DNA of 38,974 bases from Candidatus Bathyarchaeia archaeon (GCA_050012255.1 JBEKHN010000018.1:1-38974); one strand, 5' to 3'; positions 17,943 to 27,721 are shown, numbered from the stretch's first letter. Program-made: numbers and translations. The notes: generated by a model from the sequence alone, not told the origin.

Positions 17943-18148
17943 GATGAACACCGCGAGCCTAGCGAGTATCGGTGAGAACCCGCGTTTATTTAACCCTAGC
18001 TTCTCGTACTGTGGAATGAAATTCTCATCCATGCCTCGTTTATGAACCGACGAGGTTCTACGCTGACAGTGGATGCTTATACGTCAACTATTCGCTGATT
18101 TGAATTGTATTTTCTCAACTAAAAAAGAAGAGCTCGCGACATGTTTTC

Positions 18149-18982
18149 CTATTCCTTAATGGCTGCTATGTGAAGATGGCTTCCAATGCCCGCAATGTAA
18201 GGTTCATCATAGATTCTTTGCAGTATCTCTGCTAGCTTTTTCTTTTCTGCTTCATCTTCGAAAATTTCTCGTCGCTTTTCTGCCGGAAGACCTGCGACAA
18301 ACGAGTCAAGCATATCTGAGCCAAAACCTATGGGTTTCCCTACGATTTTGACGGTTTTCAGACCGTACTTCTGTAGCAGTGAGATCAGTTCTGTCGGAGT
18401 AAACGACTTAGAATCAAATGGTGCTTCTTCTTCAGCCGGCGATATTCCTGTGTGCATGAAATCGAGAACATAGTCGAGGGATTTTCCCTGCGACAAGGTC
18501 CTGAAGACCCGGTAAAGTGTGCTGTCCACTCCAGCAACAAGATGGCTGTTTGTCTTGAGCACTCTTGACAGTTCGCTAACAGCCTTTTCGGGGTTACCGC
18601 AGATACATATAGGGTCTCCCTCACACAGTATGAAGTCAAAACTCCTGTCTGGATGTGGAACAGATCGAATGTCAGCCTTCAACACTTCAACGCGTCCGGC
18701 GAGCACTTTGTCCTTGATTATTCTTTTTGCGGTCTTCAGAAGCTCGCGAGTTATGTCCAGCAGCACAACCTTGCATTTTTTCGTTTGAGCCATTTTGATT
18801 GACGAGACACCCGCACCGCCGCCAGCATCAAGAATCCATCCTCGCTGAGGAAGGAAAGGTTCAATGTTGCTCCAAGTTAACGCGTCATAAACAGGGTCGT
18901 CTCCAACCTTTCTGTAGTATTCGCTTTCAGCTTCTCTCGTGTGATATTCAATAATCCTTTCAATACGTTCCTTAATCGGCAT
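18149..18982 (-). CDS. Class I SAM-dependent methyltransferase
   Basis: ILDAGGGAG, LLDI, ADI, SFD and ELSRVLK motifs. Confidence 0.85.
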   Translation of the reverse strand: MPIKERIERIIEYHTREAESEYYRKVGDDPVYDALTWSNIEPFLPQRGWILDAGGGAGVSSIKMAQTKKCKVVLLDITRELLKTAKRIIKDKVLAGRVEVLKADIRSVPHPDRSFDFILCEGDPICICGNPEKAVSELSRVLKTNSHLVAGVDSTLYRVFRTLSQGKSLDYVLDFMHTGISPAEEEAPFDSKSFTPTELISLLQKYGLKTVKIVGKPIGFGSDMLDSFVAGLPAEKRREIFEDEAEKKKLAEILQRIYDEPYIAGIGSHLHIAAIKE

Positions 18983-19074
18983 GCTCAAACGCACAAACCA
19001 TAATGGCTTGAGTAAGCCTTTGAGCTTTTTCCTTTCGTGCGCTTGCTAGTCAGTGATCAATGACCGCAAGTGGT

Positions 19075-19869
19075 CTATTCTAGGTTCAGTTTGAACAGTT
19101 CTATCGCGTTCCTGCAGAATATTCTTTCTTTCCGTGCTCCGCCGATATCTAGCGAGTTGATCAGGCCGATGTGCTTCGCAATACTGCAAATGGCGTAGTT
19201 TGTGCCAAACAGAACATTATTCGGTCGTTCATCTGCTGTCAAGGTCAGGACTTCTTTTATCTTCTCAAGCCCTGTTTCTCTTGTCACTTCTTCATCTGCG
19301 AGCGCAGAAGTATCAAAATAGATGTTCTCAAAGGGTTTGGTAACTGTGTGACAGTATTCGACCTTAGGCCAGAAATAATGGGAAATGACGATTTTCAACT
19401 GTGGGAACTTGACTGCGATTTTGACGATATGTTTAGGGTCATTGTATTTTGCAACTTCCGGATTATTGGAATTCCAGCCTGTATGAATCACAATGGGCAA
19501 GTCATACTTGATACACAGTGCGTAGACGGGTCCAAGCCTCGTGTCTGTCGGGTAGATCGGGTCGTGCCCCGGGAAAATCTTGATTGCCACAATCTTCCCA
19601 GCGTCGAACAAGGAGTCCAATTTCTGGAGAACGGTTTCCTCTTTCTTGAGGATGTTTATGGTTCCCATCACAAATGGCCGCTCACTATCCTTGACAAGCC
19701 CTAGAGCAACGTCCAGATCTCCGATGCCTGACCCATGGACATTATCTGGGATCAAGATTGCACGGTCGACGCCATTCCTCTCAAGGTCTCTCAGCAACAA
19801 TCTCTTTGAATCTTCGAAGGTTCTACCTTTCTCTCGAGGTGGCAGATGTAAATGGCTGTCAATTATCAT
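19075..19869 (-). CDS. Amidohydrolase_2-family TIM-barrel protein
   Basis: MIIDSHLH, IHTG, ISH, YFDTS and LFGTNY motifs. Start moved to ATG 19869. Confidence 0.85.
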   Translation of the reverse strand: MIIDSHLHLPPREKGRTFEDSKRLLLRDLERNGVDRAILIPDNVHGSGIGDLDVALGLVKDSERPFVMGTINILKKEETVLQKLDSLFDAGKIVAIKIFPGHDPIYPTDTRLGPVYALCIKYDLPIVIHTGWNSNNPEVAKYNDPKHIVKIAVKFPQLKIVISHYFWPKVEYCHTVTKPFENIYFDTSALADEEVTRETGLEKIKEVLTLTADERPNNVLFGTNYAICSIAKHIGLINSLDIGGARKERIFCRNAIELFKLNLE

Positions 19870-20056
19870 TTGATTATAATGAAAGCCTCCAGTCGGAATT
19901 AAGTTTTGACGTATGTCAGCTTTGAAACAGTCTCTCGTTGAACTCCGAAGGAATCTCGTTTGCAAGTATCTGATCCAGATCTGCAGTTTTTCCATTCAGA
20001 TCAGAGTCTGTTCGTCTTGGTGTGAGAAATAGACGAGCGTGCCGTGCACAAGCACG

Positions 20057-21322
20057 TCAAGGTCTGTTTCTTAGCAGATAGTAGACTGAGATGGTCATCA
20101 CGAACCCTGCCCAAACGATCCATGCTTCTACGGGCAGTGAAAACATCAGAATGATGCAACTGACCAAACCAAGGGATGGAATCAACGGGTAAAATGGAGC
20201 CCTAAAGGTTTTCAGGTTGGGCATTTTCTTTCTGAGTCTTATCGCTGAAACGTGCAGGATGATATGAGTGGACAGAAGTGAAAAACTCGTTATTGCCGCA
20301 GTTTGCTTCAGATCAGCAACAAAGGCTAAGATAGTCATCAGCGCTCCTGTGAAAAGAATTGAAACATAGGGGGTTCCGAGTCTGGAGTGGATTGTTGCCA
20401 GAGACTTTGGAAGCTGTCCGTTTCTCGCCATCGCAAATGAGACCCTGGACAAGCCGATCAGGTTGGTCAAAAGAACACTCGCAGTGGCCACCACGGCTCC
20501 AAAAGAAATAGTCGCTATTAGTGTCGAGTTTCCCGTCGCTCTTGCAGCATCAGCAAGTGGCGACCCCGACCCTGCCAAAGTTCGATAGTTTTGTAGACCT
20601 GTTGCGACAAGGCCCGTCACAAGATACAAGATCACCGAAGTGACCAGGGCAAGCAAGATCGCCAACGGCAACGTTCTCTTGGGGTTCTTTACCTCTTCGC
20701 CGAGCGCTGCTATCCTTCCAAAACCCAAGTACGCAAAGAAAATGAACCCTGCTCCTTGAAGGATTCCAACAAGGCCATTGGGCGCAAACTGTGAATAGTT
20801 TTGCGAATTCACTTGAAAAAATCCGAAACCAACAAACAGACAGAGGATCACGATTTTCACTAGTACCAAAATGTTGTTTATCATGGCCGAATGCTTCGTT
20901 CCGACGAGGTTTAACCCCGTCAAAACCAGTGCAGCTGAGACTGCAATGACTTTCAAAGGAAAAAAAGGGAACATCGCTACAACGTAACTTGCTAACCCCA
21001 AGCTCACAGCTGCTCCGGCCACGGTCTGGCCGAATAGCCACAAAGATCCCGAGATAAACGCCACGAAAGGAGAGATCATCTCGTAAGCGAACTCGTATGT
21101 GCCTCCCTGCTTTGGGATTGCAGAACCAAGTTCAGCGAAGCTGAGCGCGGTGAACAAGGCAACGGTTCCCGCAATGACCATTGATATGATAACCGCTGGC
21201 CCGGCATAGCCTACGGCGATGCCCAGCACAACGAAGATTCCGGCACCTATTATCGCCCCGACGCCAATTGCCGTGGCATCCAAAAGATTTAGAGTTCTCT
21301 TTAGCTCAACCATTTTCCTCAC
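20057..21322 (-). CDS. APC-family amino acid permease
   Basis: GAIIGAGIF, FAELGS, FFAYLGF and EEVKNPKR motifs; about 12 TM helices. Confidence 0.92.
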   Translation of the reverse strand: MRKMVELKRTLNLLDATAIGVGAIIGAGIFVVLGIAVGYAGPAVIISMVIAGTVALFTALSFAELGSAIPKQGGTYEFAYEMISPFVAFISGSLWLFGQTVAGAAVSLGLASYVVAMFPFFPLKVIAVSAALVLTGLNLVGTKHSAMINNILVLVKIVILCLFVGFGFFQVNSQNYSQFAPNGLVGILQGAGFIFFAYLGFGRIAALGEEVKNPKRTLPLAILLALVTSVILYLVTGLVATGLQNYRTLAGSGSPLADAARATGNSTLIATISFGAVVATASVLLTNLIGLSRVSFAMARNGQLPKSLATIHSRLGTPYVSILFTGALMTILAFVADLKQTAAITSFSLLSTHIILHVSAIRLRKKMPNLKTFRAPFYPLIPSLGLVSCIILMFSLPVEAWIVWAGFVMTISVYYLLRNRP

Positions 21323-21640
21323 GACAAACCTGAAACGGCAACACTTATAACAGATTCTATAACCTGGCTTGAATGCGCCGAGACATACACCGCAGAAAAG
21401 CCAGAACGTCTCCTATCAAAAAAGAAAGTTGAGGCTGCGGGTTACATCACCATCATGGACTGAGGCAAATCCCAGGGACCCACTACCGTCACTGTTTGCT
21501 TATAATCATGATCCAGTCTTTAGTTCTTGCGCAGACTACAAAAGCTTCATGTAGCTCGGTTTTCTGATGTTCCTTCAACCATAGGAAAACCAAGCGTGAA
21601 GGGTGAAGCGAGACGCAAGCGAGCACCTGTATAAGCTGCG

Positions 21641-22153
21641 TGCGTTGACTTTCCTTGTGAAGATGTGCTTAAACGTCGCTATCAGATTCCACGCGTAGAG
21701 ATTGAGCCAAGCAATATCAAGACGCTGATGATCTCAGAAGCACCACCAGAGAATCTCGACGATTGTTTCTATGCCTCAAACGGTCCCTTCTACTTCCAAA
21801 CAACGGCGCAGGCTTTTAGTGGTGCGGTACGAGACGTCTCATCAATGCAGGATGAGCTTAAGCTTGGAGTTTATGTCACCACTGCGATAAAATGCGCGAA
21901 AACGACGTATTCTATTTCTCCGAAAACCATTGAGAACTGCTCGGGCATTTTGGAAAAAGAGATAGATCTGTTCTCGAAAATCAGATGTATCCTGCTTATG
22001 GGAGACACGTATAAAGTCAGAAAAGGCAAGTATTTCTACAAACACCTCAGGATATTCCCTTCGTACTTGCAGACGGGGAAAAGTTATCTGATCGAGAAAT
22101 CCAAGAGAAAGATGATAGCAGAAGACATCAAAGCCGAATTGGAATATCACTAA
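21641..22153 (+). pseudogene. Degraded uracil-DNA glycosylase-like gene
   Basis: MISEAPP, TTAIKC and LLMGD motifs. In-frame CVDFPCEDV upstream of the called GTG is cut off by TAA at 21632-21634, and the helix expected after LLMGD appears to be missing. Confidence 0.55.
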
Positions 22154-22473
22154 TCTCGTCGGTTTCCGCGGTTATTGAACGACTCGCAGTTATCGTGCAA
22201 AAAAGTTGACCAAGAACATGGAAATAGAGAGTTTTGCGGGAGATATCGCCTCGCGCGGCTGCTGGCCCTGGATTAAACCAAAACATTGAAATCTCAAGGT
22301 GACTGCCTTTAAAGTGGACTATGAAGAAATCGAGGTACGGGTACGCTTTCTGCGGATGACCTCTTTTTCCGCTGCTGAGTCCAAAAAGACCTTTGCATGC
22401 TAAACTCCACTACGTAGTGGAGGCCCTGAAAGCTAGGATTCTGCGAACAAAGAAAGGGGATGGGAGAGAGATG

Positions 22474-22692
22474 TTAACGTTCTGGAGTTCCGCTGATGTA
22501 GGCCCAAATGCTCACTAGGAAAAGTGTTAGGCAAGCTCCGGCGAGTCCTGACAACAGATACCTTGCGCTGAGGAATGCAGGCAGCACTGATGCGAGAGCT
22601 GGAATGGCGTATGTGGCTGCGAGGTCTGCTATGACTCCTGCGAAGAATCCTAGGATTGCGACGAAGAGGAACATCTTTAACCTTTCGCCCAT
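22474..22692 (-). CDS. Small two-TM membrane protein divergent from the cdv operon
   Basis: Two Gly-rich hydrophobic helices; AGGTGA SD before ATG 22692. Confidence 0.65.
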   Translation of the reverse strand: MGERLKMFLFVAILGFFAGVIADLAATYAIPALASVLPAFLSARYLLSGLAGACLTLFLVSIWAYISGTPER

Positions 22693-22842
22693 TATTTTCA
22701 CCTTTTGCTTATCAATTGAATTCAAGCCGCTTTTTAGTCTAACTTACACTTTTTTGTCTATTCTCACAAAAGCGGCAACATCGTCTTTTAGTTGGAAAAT
22801 TAAAGGCCAAAACCGCTCTGACTGGGACGTATAGCTCCACAT

Positions 22843-22856
22843 ATATGCGCGCATAT
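22843..22856. promoter_or_regulatory. Perfect 14-bp palindrome upstream of the cdv operon
   Basis: ATATGCGCGCATAT, about 65 nt before the first cdv start. Confidence 0.35.
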
Positions 22857-22920
22857 TCTCATCATATTAACAATGCATAAGCTTGTTTTATGCTCCTTCT
22901 GTTTTTAGGAGGTAATTAAT

Positions 22921-23592
22921 TTGTCAGAAAGGTTTAGCAAGAAATGGGAATCGAGAAGAGAAGAACAACCGTTTCCGAACAAGCTCAAGGAGACAATAAG
23001 ACCACCTGGTCCTCTGAAGCCACGCCTAGACTTTGCTGTCCGACGCATTGATCTGCAAGTTCAGAAGCTCGATCAAGCTACAGACAGATTCGGTCAAAGA
23101 GACAAGACGATCTTTGCGAGAATAGTTGACGCTTACACCAAACACGACACTGCTCGCGCAAATGTCTTCGCCAACGAGTTAGCAGAGATACGAAAAATGG
23201 AACGGCTCATCATAAATGCCAGACTTGCGCTCGAACAGATCGTGTTAAGATTACGCACTGTGTCAGAGCTAGGAGATGTAGTGTCCACACTGGGCCCAGC
23301 AGTCGGTGTCCTAAGATCAGTCAAGGCGGGACTCGTGAGCGTTTTTCCAGAGGCAGAAAGCGAACTTGGCGAAATAGGCAACTTGCTGAGTGGCATAATG
23401 ATGGAAGCTGGAACAAATTCAGGGATGACAATGGACTTCAACACGGTTAACGAAGACGCAGCCAAAATTCTCACAGAAGCATCGACAGTCGCAGAGCAGA
23501 GAATCAAGGAGAAGTTCCCAGACCTGCCAGCAGGAATCCCAGGACTTCCAGCAGCCCCGGTAGGCGAGAAATCTTCGACAGAGACCTCATAG
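22921..23592 (+). CDS. cdvB1: ESCRT-III/Snf7-family protein (CdvB1/2-like, no winged-helix tail)
   Basis: Snf7 core (ANELAEIRKM, ALEQIVLRL-x-TV-x-ELGD, EDAAKIL-x-EA); Pro-rich MIM2-like tail FPDLP; AGGAGGT SD. Confidence 0.88.
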   Translation: MSERFSKKWESRREEQPFPNKLKETIRPPGPLKPRLDFAVRRIDLQVQKLDQATDRFGQRDKTIFARIVDAYTKHDTARANVFANELAEIRKMERLIINARLALEQIVLRLRTVSELGDVVSTLGPAVGVLRSVKAGLVSVFPEAESELGEIGNLLSGIMMEAGTNSGMTMDFNTVNEDAAKILTEASTVAEQRIKEKFPDLPAGIPGLPAAPVGEKSSTETS

Positions 23593-23609
23593 AACAGGGG
23601 ATGTAAACT

Positions 23610-24329
23610 TTGTCACAAAACCCCAACCTTTTTCTTTCCCTTGGAAAGCAAGTTAAAGACGAGTACGGATGTACAATAGGAAAGATTGCATCCTTCGCTG
23701 TCACCCCAAGTGGGAAATTTGACTCCGTCTTTATCGAACTTGGCGACGGAAGAATCTCGAAACACTCTTCTGAGCTCCTCAAGTTGGAGGGTGCTAACGT
23801 AACTCTAACATCTAACATAAAGGCTCAAGCAGCTATCCTGTGCGATCAAATCCCCCTCATTTGGCGCAAAGATCAAGCCCTCAAAGACTTGTCGGAAAAG
23901 AAGAAGATCTCCAAGGAGATGTACACTGAGCTGCACACCAGCTTCGACGGCGTGCTAGCCCAGCTTAAGACCGAAGCCCAAGCTCTCACGGAGGACATAG
24001 ACAATGAAATTGCAAGGTGCCTTGACGAAACGAAGGCCCTGAACTACGCATTCGTGCACCTCGAACTCGAACATGAGATAGGAAAATTGGACAACCAATC
24101 CTATGAGACCGCCTTCGCAATAGTTCAGGAAAGCCTCAAGAGAGTCCACATGGAGAAGACCGACCTAGACCTCACAAGGAGCAAGCTCTCAAACATTCTC
24201 TTAGGTGATCAAGCCAAAAACAAGGGGATCGAAGGGTTGAAAGCAGGGAGTTCTGCTTCATCCTCTCCAGGGCTTCCAGAGCCGCCTGTAGTAGTCTACG
24301 TGAAGGAAATCGGAAAGACTGGCATATAG
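23610..24329 (+). CDS. cdvA: CdvA-like cell division protein
   Basis: PRC-barrel start (GKQVKDEYG-x-x-IGKI), coiled coil, and C-terminal beta motif PVVVYV; located before cdvB and cdvC. Confidence 0.85.
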   Translation: MSQNPNLFLSLGKQVKDEYGCTIGKIASFAVTPSGKFDSVFIELGDGRISKHSSELLKLEGANVTLTSNIKAQAAILCDQIPLIWRKDQALKDLSEKKKISKEMYTELHTSFDGVLAQLKTEAQALTEDIDNEIARCLDETKALNYAFVHLELEHEIGKLDNQSYETAFAIVQESLKRVHMEKTDLDLTRSKLSNILLGDQAKNKGIEGLKAGSSASSSPGLPEPPVVVYVKEIGKTGI

Positions 24330-24365
24330 AATCGAAACAGGAAAGCGGCGGCGGAGGGAGAGCTC

Positions 24366-25265
24366 ATCAAAAGTTTCATTCGTTCGCACCCTCCACCCTT
24401 TCGCGAAACCGTTCAAAAGTCCGTTCAGACCTTGAGAATTGAGCAGGGTAAGCTCGGGCTAGCAGCTCACAGACTCAAAAACAGGCACGATTTTCTCTTC
24501 CAAACATGCGTCAGCGCGTTGAGAAACAAGAACAGGGAAAGAGCCGCAATATGTGCAAACGAGATTTCTGAAGTCCGAAAAATCCTGCAATTTCTCCACA
24601 GCGTAGAGCTGGCAATAGAACGTGTAGTTTTGAGGCTTGAAACCGTAAAAGAGCTAAGCGAGATCGTCGTCGACCTGAAACCCGCTTTGAGACTCCTCCA
24701 AAGTGTCTCGCAGGAGCTGATTTCGGTTCTTCCCGACGTTTCGTCTGAACTGTGCAAGGTCAACGATACTATTAGCGAGACGCTCTACTCGACCAAGATA
24801 AATGCCGATGAATCTGTGATACCCGTGAATTGGAAAACACCTGGCGGTCAAGAGATACTCAATGAAGTCTCGGGTTATCTTGAGAAGAAACTCGCTGAGG
24901 ATCTTCCAGAACCGCCCGCCGCTCAGAAAATCGCAGATGCTGAGAAAACCACGATAAAACAGATGGTGGCAATAGCTTCTGGCATAACAGAATCAGCAGG
25001 CAGGAAATCCGTTGAGGAATCCGGAAGAGATTCTTCTCAAACCCTCTTTTCTTATAAGAAAGCCGAGATTAAGGAAATCTCCTTAACGGTTGAAAATTCA
25101 CAACTAGAAGACATTCTTCTAGATTATGTCAAGAAGACCAACGGACAGATCGACTTGGCACGTTGCTCAGTTGATTTGGAAACCTCAAATGAGGAGATCG
25201 AAAAGGCCCTTCATAATCTAGGGTCTAAGGGGAAAATAAAGATCGAACTGAAAAATGGAGAGTAG
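24366..25265 (+). CDS. cdvB: ESCRT-III CdvB with C-terminal winged-helix; start uncertain (ATC 24366 or TTG 24432)
   Basis: ANEISEVRK, AIERVVLRLETVKEL, LPEPP and wH tail (LLDYVKK...EIEKAL-x-x-L-x-x-KGKI). Similarity to the paralog extends upstream of 24432. Confidence 0.85.
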   Translation: MKSFIRSHPPPFRETVQKSVQTLRIEQGKLGLAAHRLKNRHDFLFQTCVSALRNKNRERAAICANEISEVRKILQFLHSVELAIERVVLRLETVKELSEIVVDLKPALRLLQSVSQELISVLPDVSSELCKVNDTISETLYSTKINADESVIPVNWKTPGGQEILNEVSGYLEKKLAEDLPEPPAAQKIADAEKTTIKQMVAIASGITESAGRKSVEESGRDSSQTLFSYKKAEIKEISLTVENSQLEDILLDYVKKTNGQIDLARCSVDLETSNEEIEKALHNLGSKGKIKIELKNGE

Positions 25266-25270
25266 AAGGT

Positions 25271-26452
25271 ATGAGCGCTTCACAAGAGCTTGAGAAAGAT
25301 GCAACCAACTACGCGTTGGAAGCGGTACGATTGGACAAGCAAGGGTCCAAAGGCATGGCAATAACCATGTACCAGAAGGCCATAGAAAGCCTCTTGCAGC
25401 TTGTCCAGCTATATCCTGAGTACAGCCTGAACAAGGTCTACGTGCAAAGAGCAATAGCGTATCAAGAGCGGATCAAGGCTATTCAAGGCGCCGTAATCAC
25501 TTTTCGGGAACAACAACCTCACGTTGAAGCGAGAAACGCCGACGTTGAAGGCGAACCTAAGAGCAGTGAGGGCGGCAAATCCAGCTACGAGGAGTTGATA
25601 ATAACAGAGAAGCCTAACGTCAAATGGGACCAAGTTGTTGGACTTGACCCGGCAAAGAAGGCAGTGAAGGAAGCAATAATCTACCCAGTTGAGAGGCCAG
25701 ACCTGTTCCCACTAGGCTGGCCACGGGGAATACTGCTCTTCGGACCACCTGGTTGCGGAAAAACACTGATTGCAGCAGCCGTCGCGACAGAAATAGACGC
25801 AACCTTCGTTTCAATAGATGCAGCTTCGATAATGTCGAAATGGTTAGGAGAGGCTGAACAGAACGTTGCGCGTCTCTTTGGTCAAGTGAGAAAATCAGCA
25901 GTGGAAGGTAAACCCGCTATAGTTTTCGTCGATGAATTGGATTCGTTGATGGGAAAACATTCAAACGAGGTTGGAGGTGAGATTCGCGTTCGAAACCAGT
26001 TCTTGAAAGAGATGGACGGGATAGTGGACAAAGGCAAGGCCCTTCACGTGTACGTTATTGGAGCAACAAACAAGCCATGGGATTTGGACTGGGCTTTCAT
26101 AAGGAGGTTCCAGAAAAGGATCTTGGTGCCTCTGCCAGATCACCACACGAGGTTGATGATGTTCAATCTGTACACCACTAATCTGCAGTTGGCGCCTGAC
26201 GTTGACCTGCATGAGCTCGCAAGACTTTCAGAAGGCTTCTCAGGAAGCGACATAAGAGACGTTAACCAGTCGGCACAGCTGAAACTCATAGGTGAATTCT
26301 TCGAGTCAGGAAAGGCAAGCGATAAAATGGCGAAGCCGCGACCCTTGACAATGGATGATTTCAAACAGATACTTGAAGACAGAAAACCCAGCGTATCCCT
26401 CGACATGGTCGCCTTGTACACGCGATGGTTTGAAGCCTTCAAGGCCCTCTAG
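25271..26452 (+). CDS. cdvC: Vps4-like AAA+ ATPase CdvC
   Basis: N-terminal MIT domain, GPPGCGKT, VFVDELD, ATNKPW and RRFQKR motifs. Confidence 0.95.
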   Translation: MSASQELEKDATNYALEAVRLDKQGSKGMAITMYQKAIESLLQLVQLYPEYSLNKVYVQRAIAYQERIKAIQGAVITFREQQPHVEARNADVEGEPKSSEGGKSSYEELIITEKPNVKWDQVVGLDPAKKAVKEAIIYPVERPDLFPLGWPRGILLFGPPGCGKTLIAAAVATEIDATFVSIDAASIMSKWLGEAEQNVARLFGQVRKSAVEGKPAIVFVDELDSLMGKHSNEVGGEIRVRNQFLKEMDGIVDKGKALHVYVIGATNKPWDLDWAFIRRFQKRILVPLPDHHTRLMMFNLYTTNLQLAPDVDLHELARLSEGFSGSDIRDVNQSAQLKLIGEFFESGKASDKMAKPRPLTMDDFKQILEDRKPSVSLDMVALYTRWFEAFKAL

Positions 26453-26593
26453 AAGGAGATGATGCAACAAGAGTGTGTTGAACTGTCGGGTGGAAAGGTT
26501 TGGAGAATTACCTTGAATTTTTAACCTATCTCCTTTCTCCCATCTCCCCCTCAGATAATATCCCCAAACCCCACAACCCTGACACAACACAAC

Positions 26594-27130
26594 TCAAGTT
26601 GCAGCCTCTTTCTTAACAATTCTCTCAACTAGATCTGCAAGTCTTTCAGAGTCTTTCCGTATGTCCACGTATGGAATGCGCTTTAGGCCTGACTTGGGCT
26701 GATAAGGTCCTGTGAAAGCCAGGATAGGATTAAAAATTTCCAAGCTTTCCGCAATTTCTTCAGGGGATTTCACCACGGCAATTTTGTAGATAGACTTGTT
26801 TTCGGCAACCAGTTTTCTGAACCCCTCAAGAAAAACTAAATCGCTGCCTCTGCATTTTCGCAGGATCGCCCTTAAGGAAAGGTTCCTGGATTCCACTTTC
26901 TCAATCGTTGCGATCTCAACAGCTGACACAGCGACGACAATCTTGGCTCCCGACCGCGCGAACTTCCAAGTGTCTTTTCCCTTCGTGTCAATTGTAAAAT
27001 CTGGTTCAGGGATGTGCTTCACAGCTGCGATCTTGTATCCCCTTTGCGTAAGCTCTTTGGTCAAGATCTCTATCGTTGCTGTCTTCCCTGACTTTTTTCC
27101 TCCGACAACGGCTATCACGACGGGTACCAT
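26594..27130 (-). CDS. mobB: Molybdopterin-guanine dinucleotide biosynthesis protein B
   Basis: GGKKSGKT, AVKH, D-x-x-GKDT-x-x-F-x-x-x-GA and EGF motifs. Confidence 0.9.
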   Translation of the reverse strand: MVPVVIAVVGGKKSGKTATIEILTKELTQRGYKIAAVKHIPEPDFTIDTKGKDTWKFARSGAKIVVAVSAVEIATIEKVESRNLSLRAILRKCRGSDLVFLEGFRKLVAENKSIYKIAVVKSPEEIAESLEIFNPILAFTGPYQPKSGLKRIPYVDIRKDSERLADLVERIVKKEAAT

Positions 27131-27142
27131 GATGATTTCCTG

Positions 27143-27610
27143 CTACTCCATCTCTTCCATGAAGACCTTTCTTAAAGTGCCCCTGTCCACGTGCAGTTTC
27201 TCTGCAAGGTCTTTCACCCATCCAACGTACGCCCTGAAAAGGTCCTGTAATATCTCTGCTTTCTCCTCTTGAGAAAGGTCTCTTTGTTCAGCCAGCAGCA
27301 GCGCAAACCACCTTCCCGCATCTGAAAGCAGATAGGTTTTAACCCACACGGTACGTCCCTTTTCCTCGACTTTCTCCATGTTCTCCTTCATTATTCGAAG
27401 TCTTGTTAGCGATTTCAAATTCTCAATGATGGTTTTGTTTGAGTAGGACAGTTTTTTCACAAGATCCTTCTGATAGATCTTATTCGAAATGCCCTGTTTC
27501 AAGGAGAACCTCAGGACGTCCACAGCTGCTTTTGAGCCGAAAATCGCACTCAATATCTTTGTTTTTTGTTCGGACGGAAGGAACACTACATAGGGATGTA
27601 AATCTTCCAC
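27143..27610 (-). CDS. Winged helix-turn-helix protein, probable regulator
   Basis: YQKDL...YSNKTIIENLKSL HTH plus wing (Y-x-LSDAG). Confidence 0.7.
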   Translation of the reverse strand: MEDLHPYVVFLPSEQKTKILSAIFGSKAAVDVLRFSLKQGISNKIYQKDLVKKLSYSNKTIIENLKSLTRLRIMKENMEKVEEKGRTVWVKTYLLSDAGRWFALLLAEQRDLSQEEKAEILQDLFRAYVGWVKDLAEKLHVDRGTLRKVFMEEME

Positions 27611-27721
27611 TAGGACTCACTGCACTCAGCTCTGATGTATTCCTGCTTTAAACGTTACGGCTTTGTGCAATAGGTTTTTTTAACACTATGAACCAGTCTA
27701 TCGCGGTGCATCAAGACGAAC

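Noticed and set aside
26525-26593. C/A-rich low-complexity tract between cdvC and mobB
   Set aside because: No defined unit or match to the G-tract repeat; consistent with a convergent termination zone.
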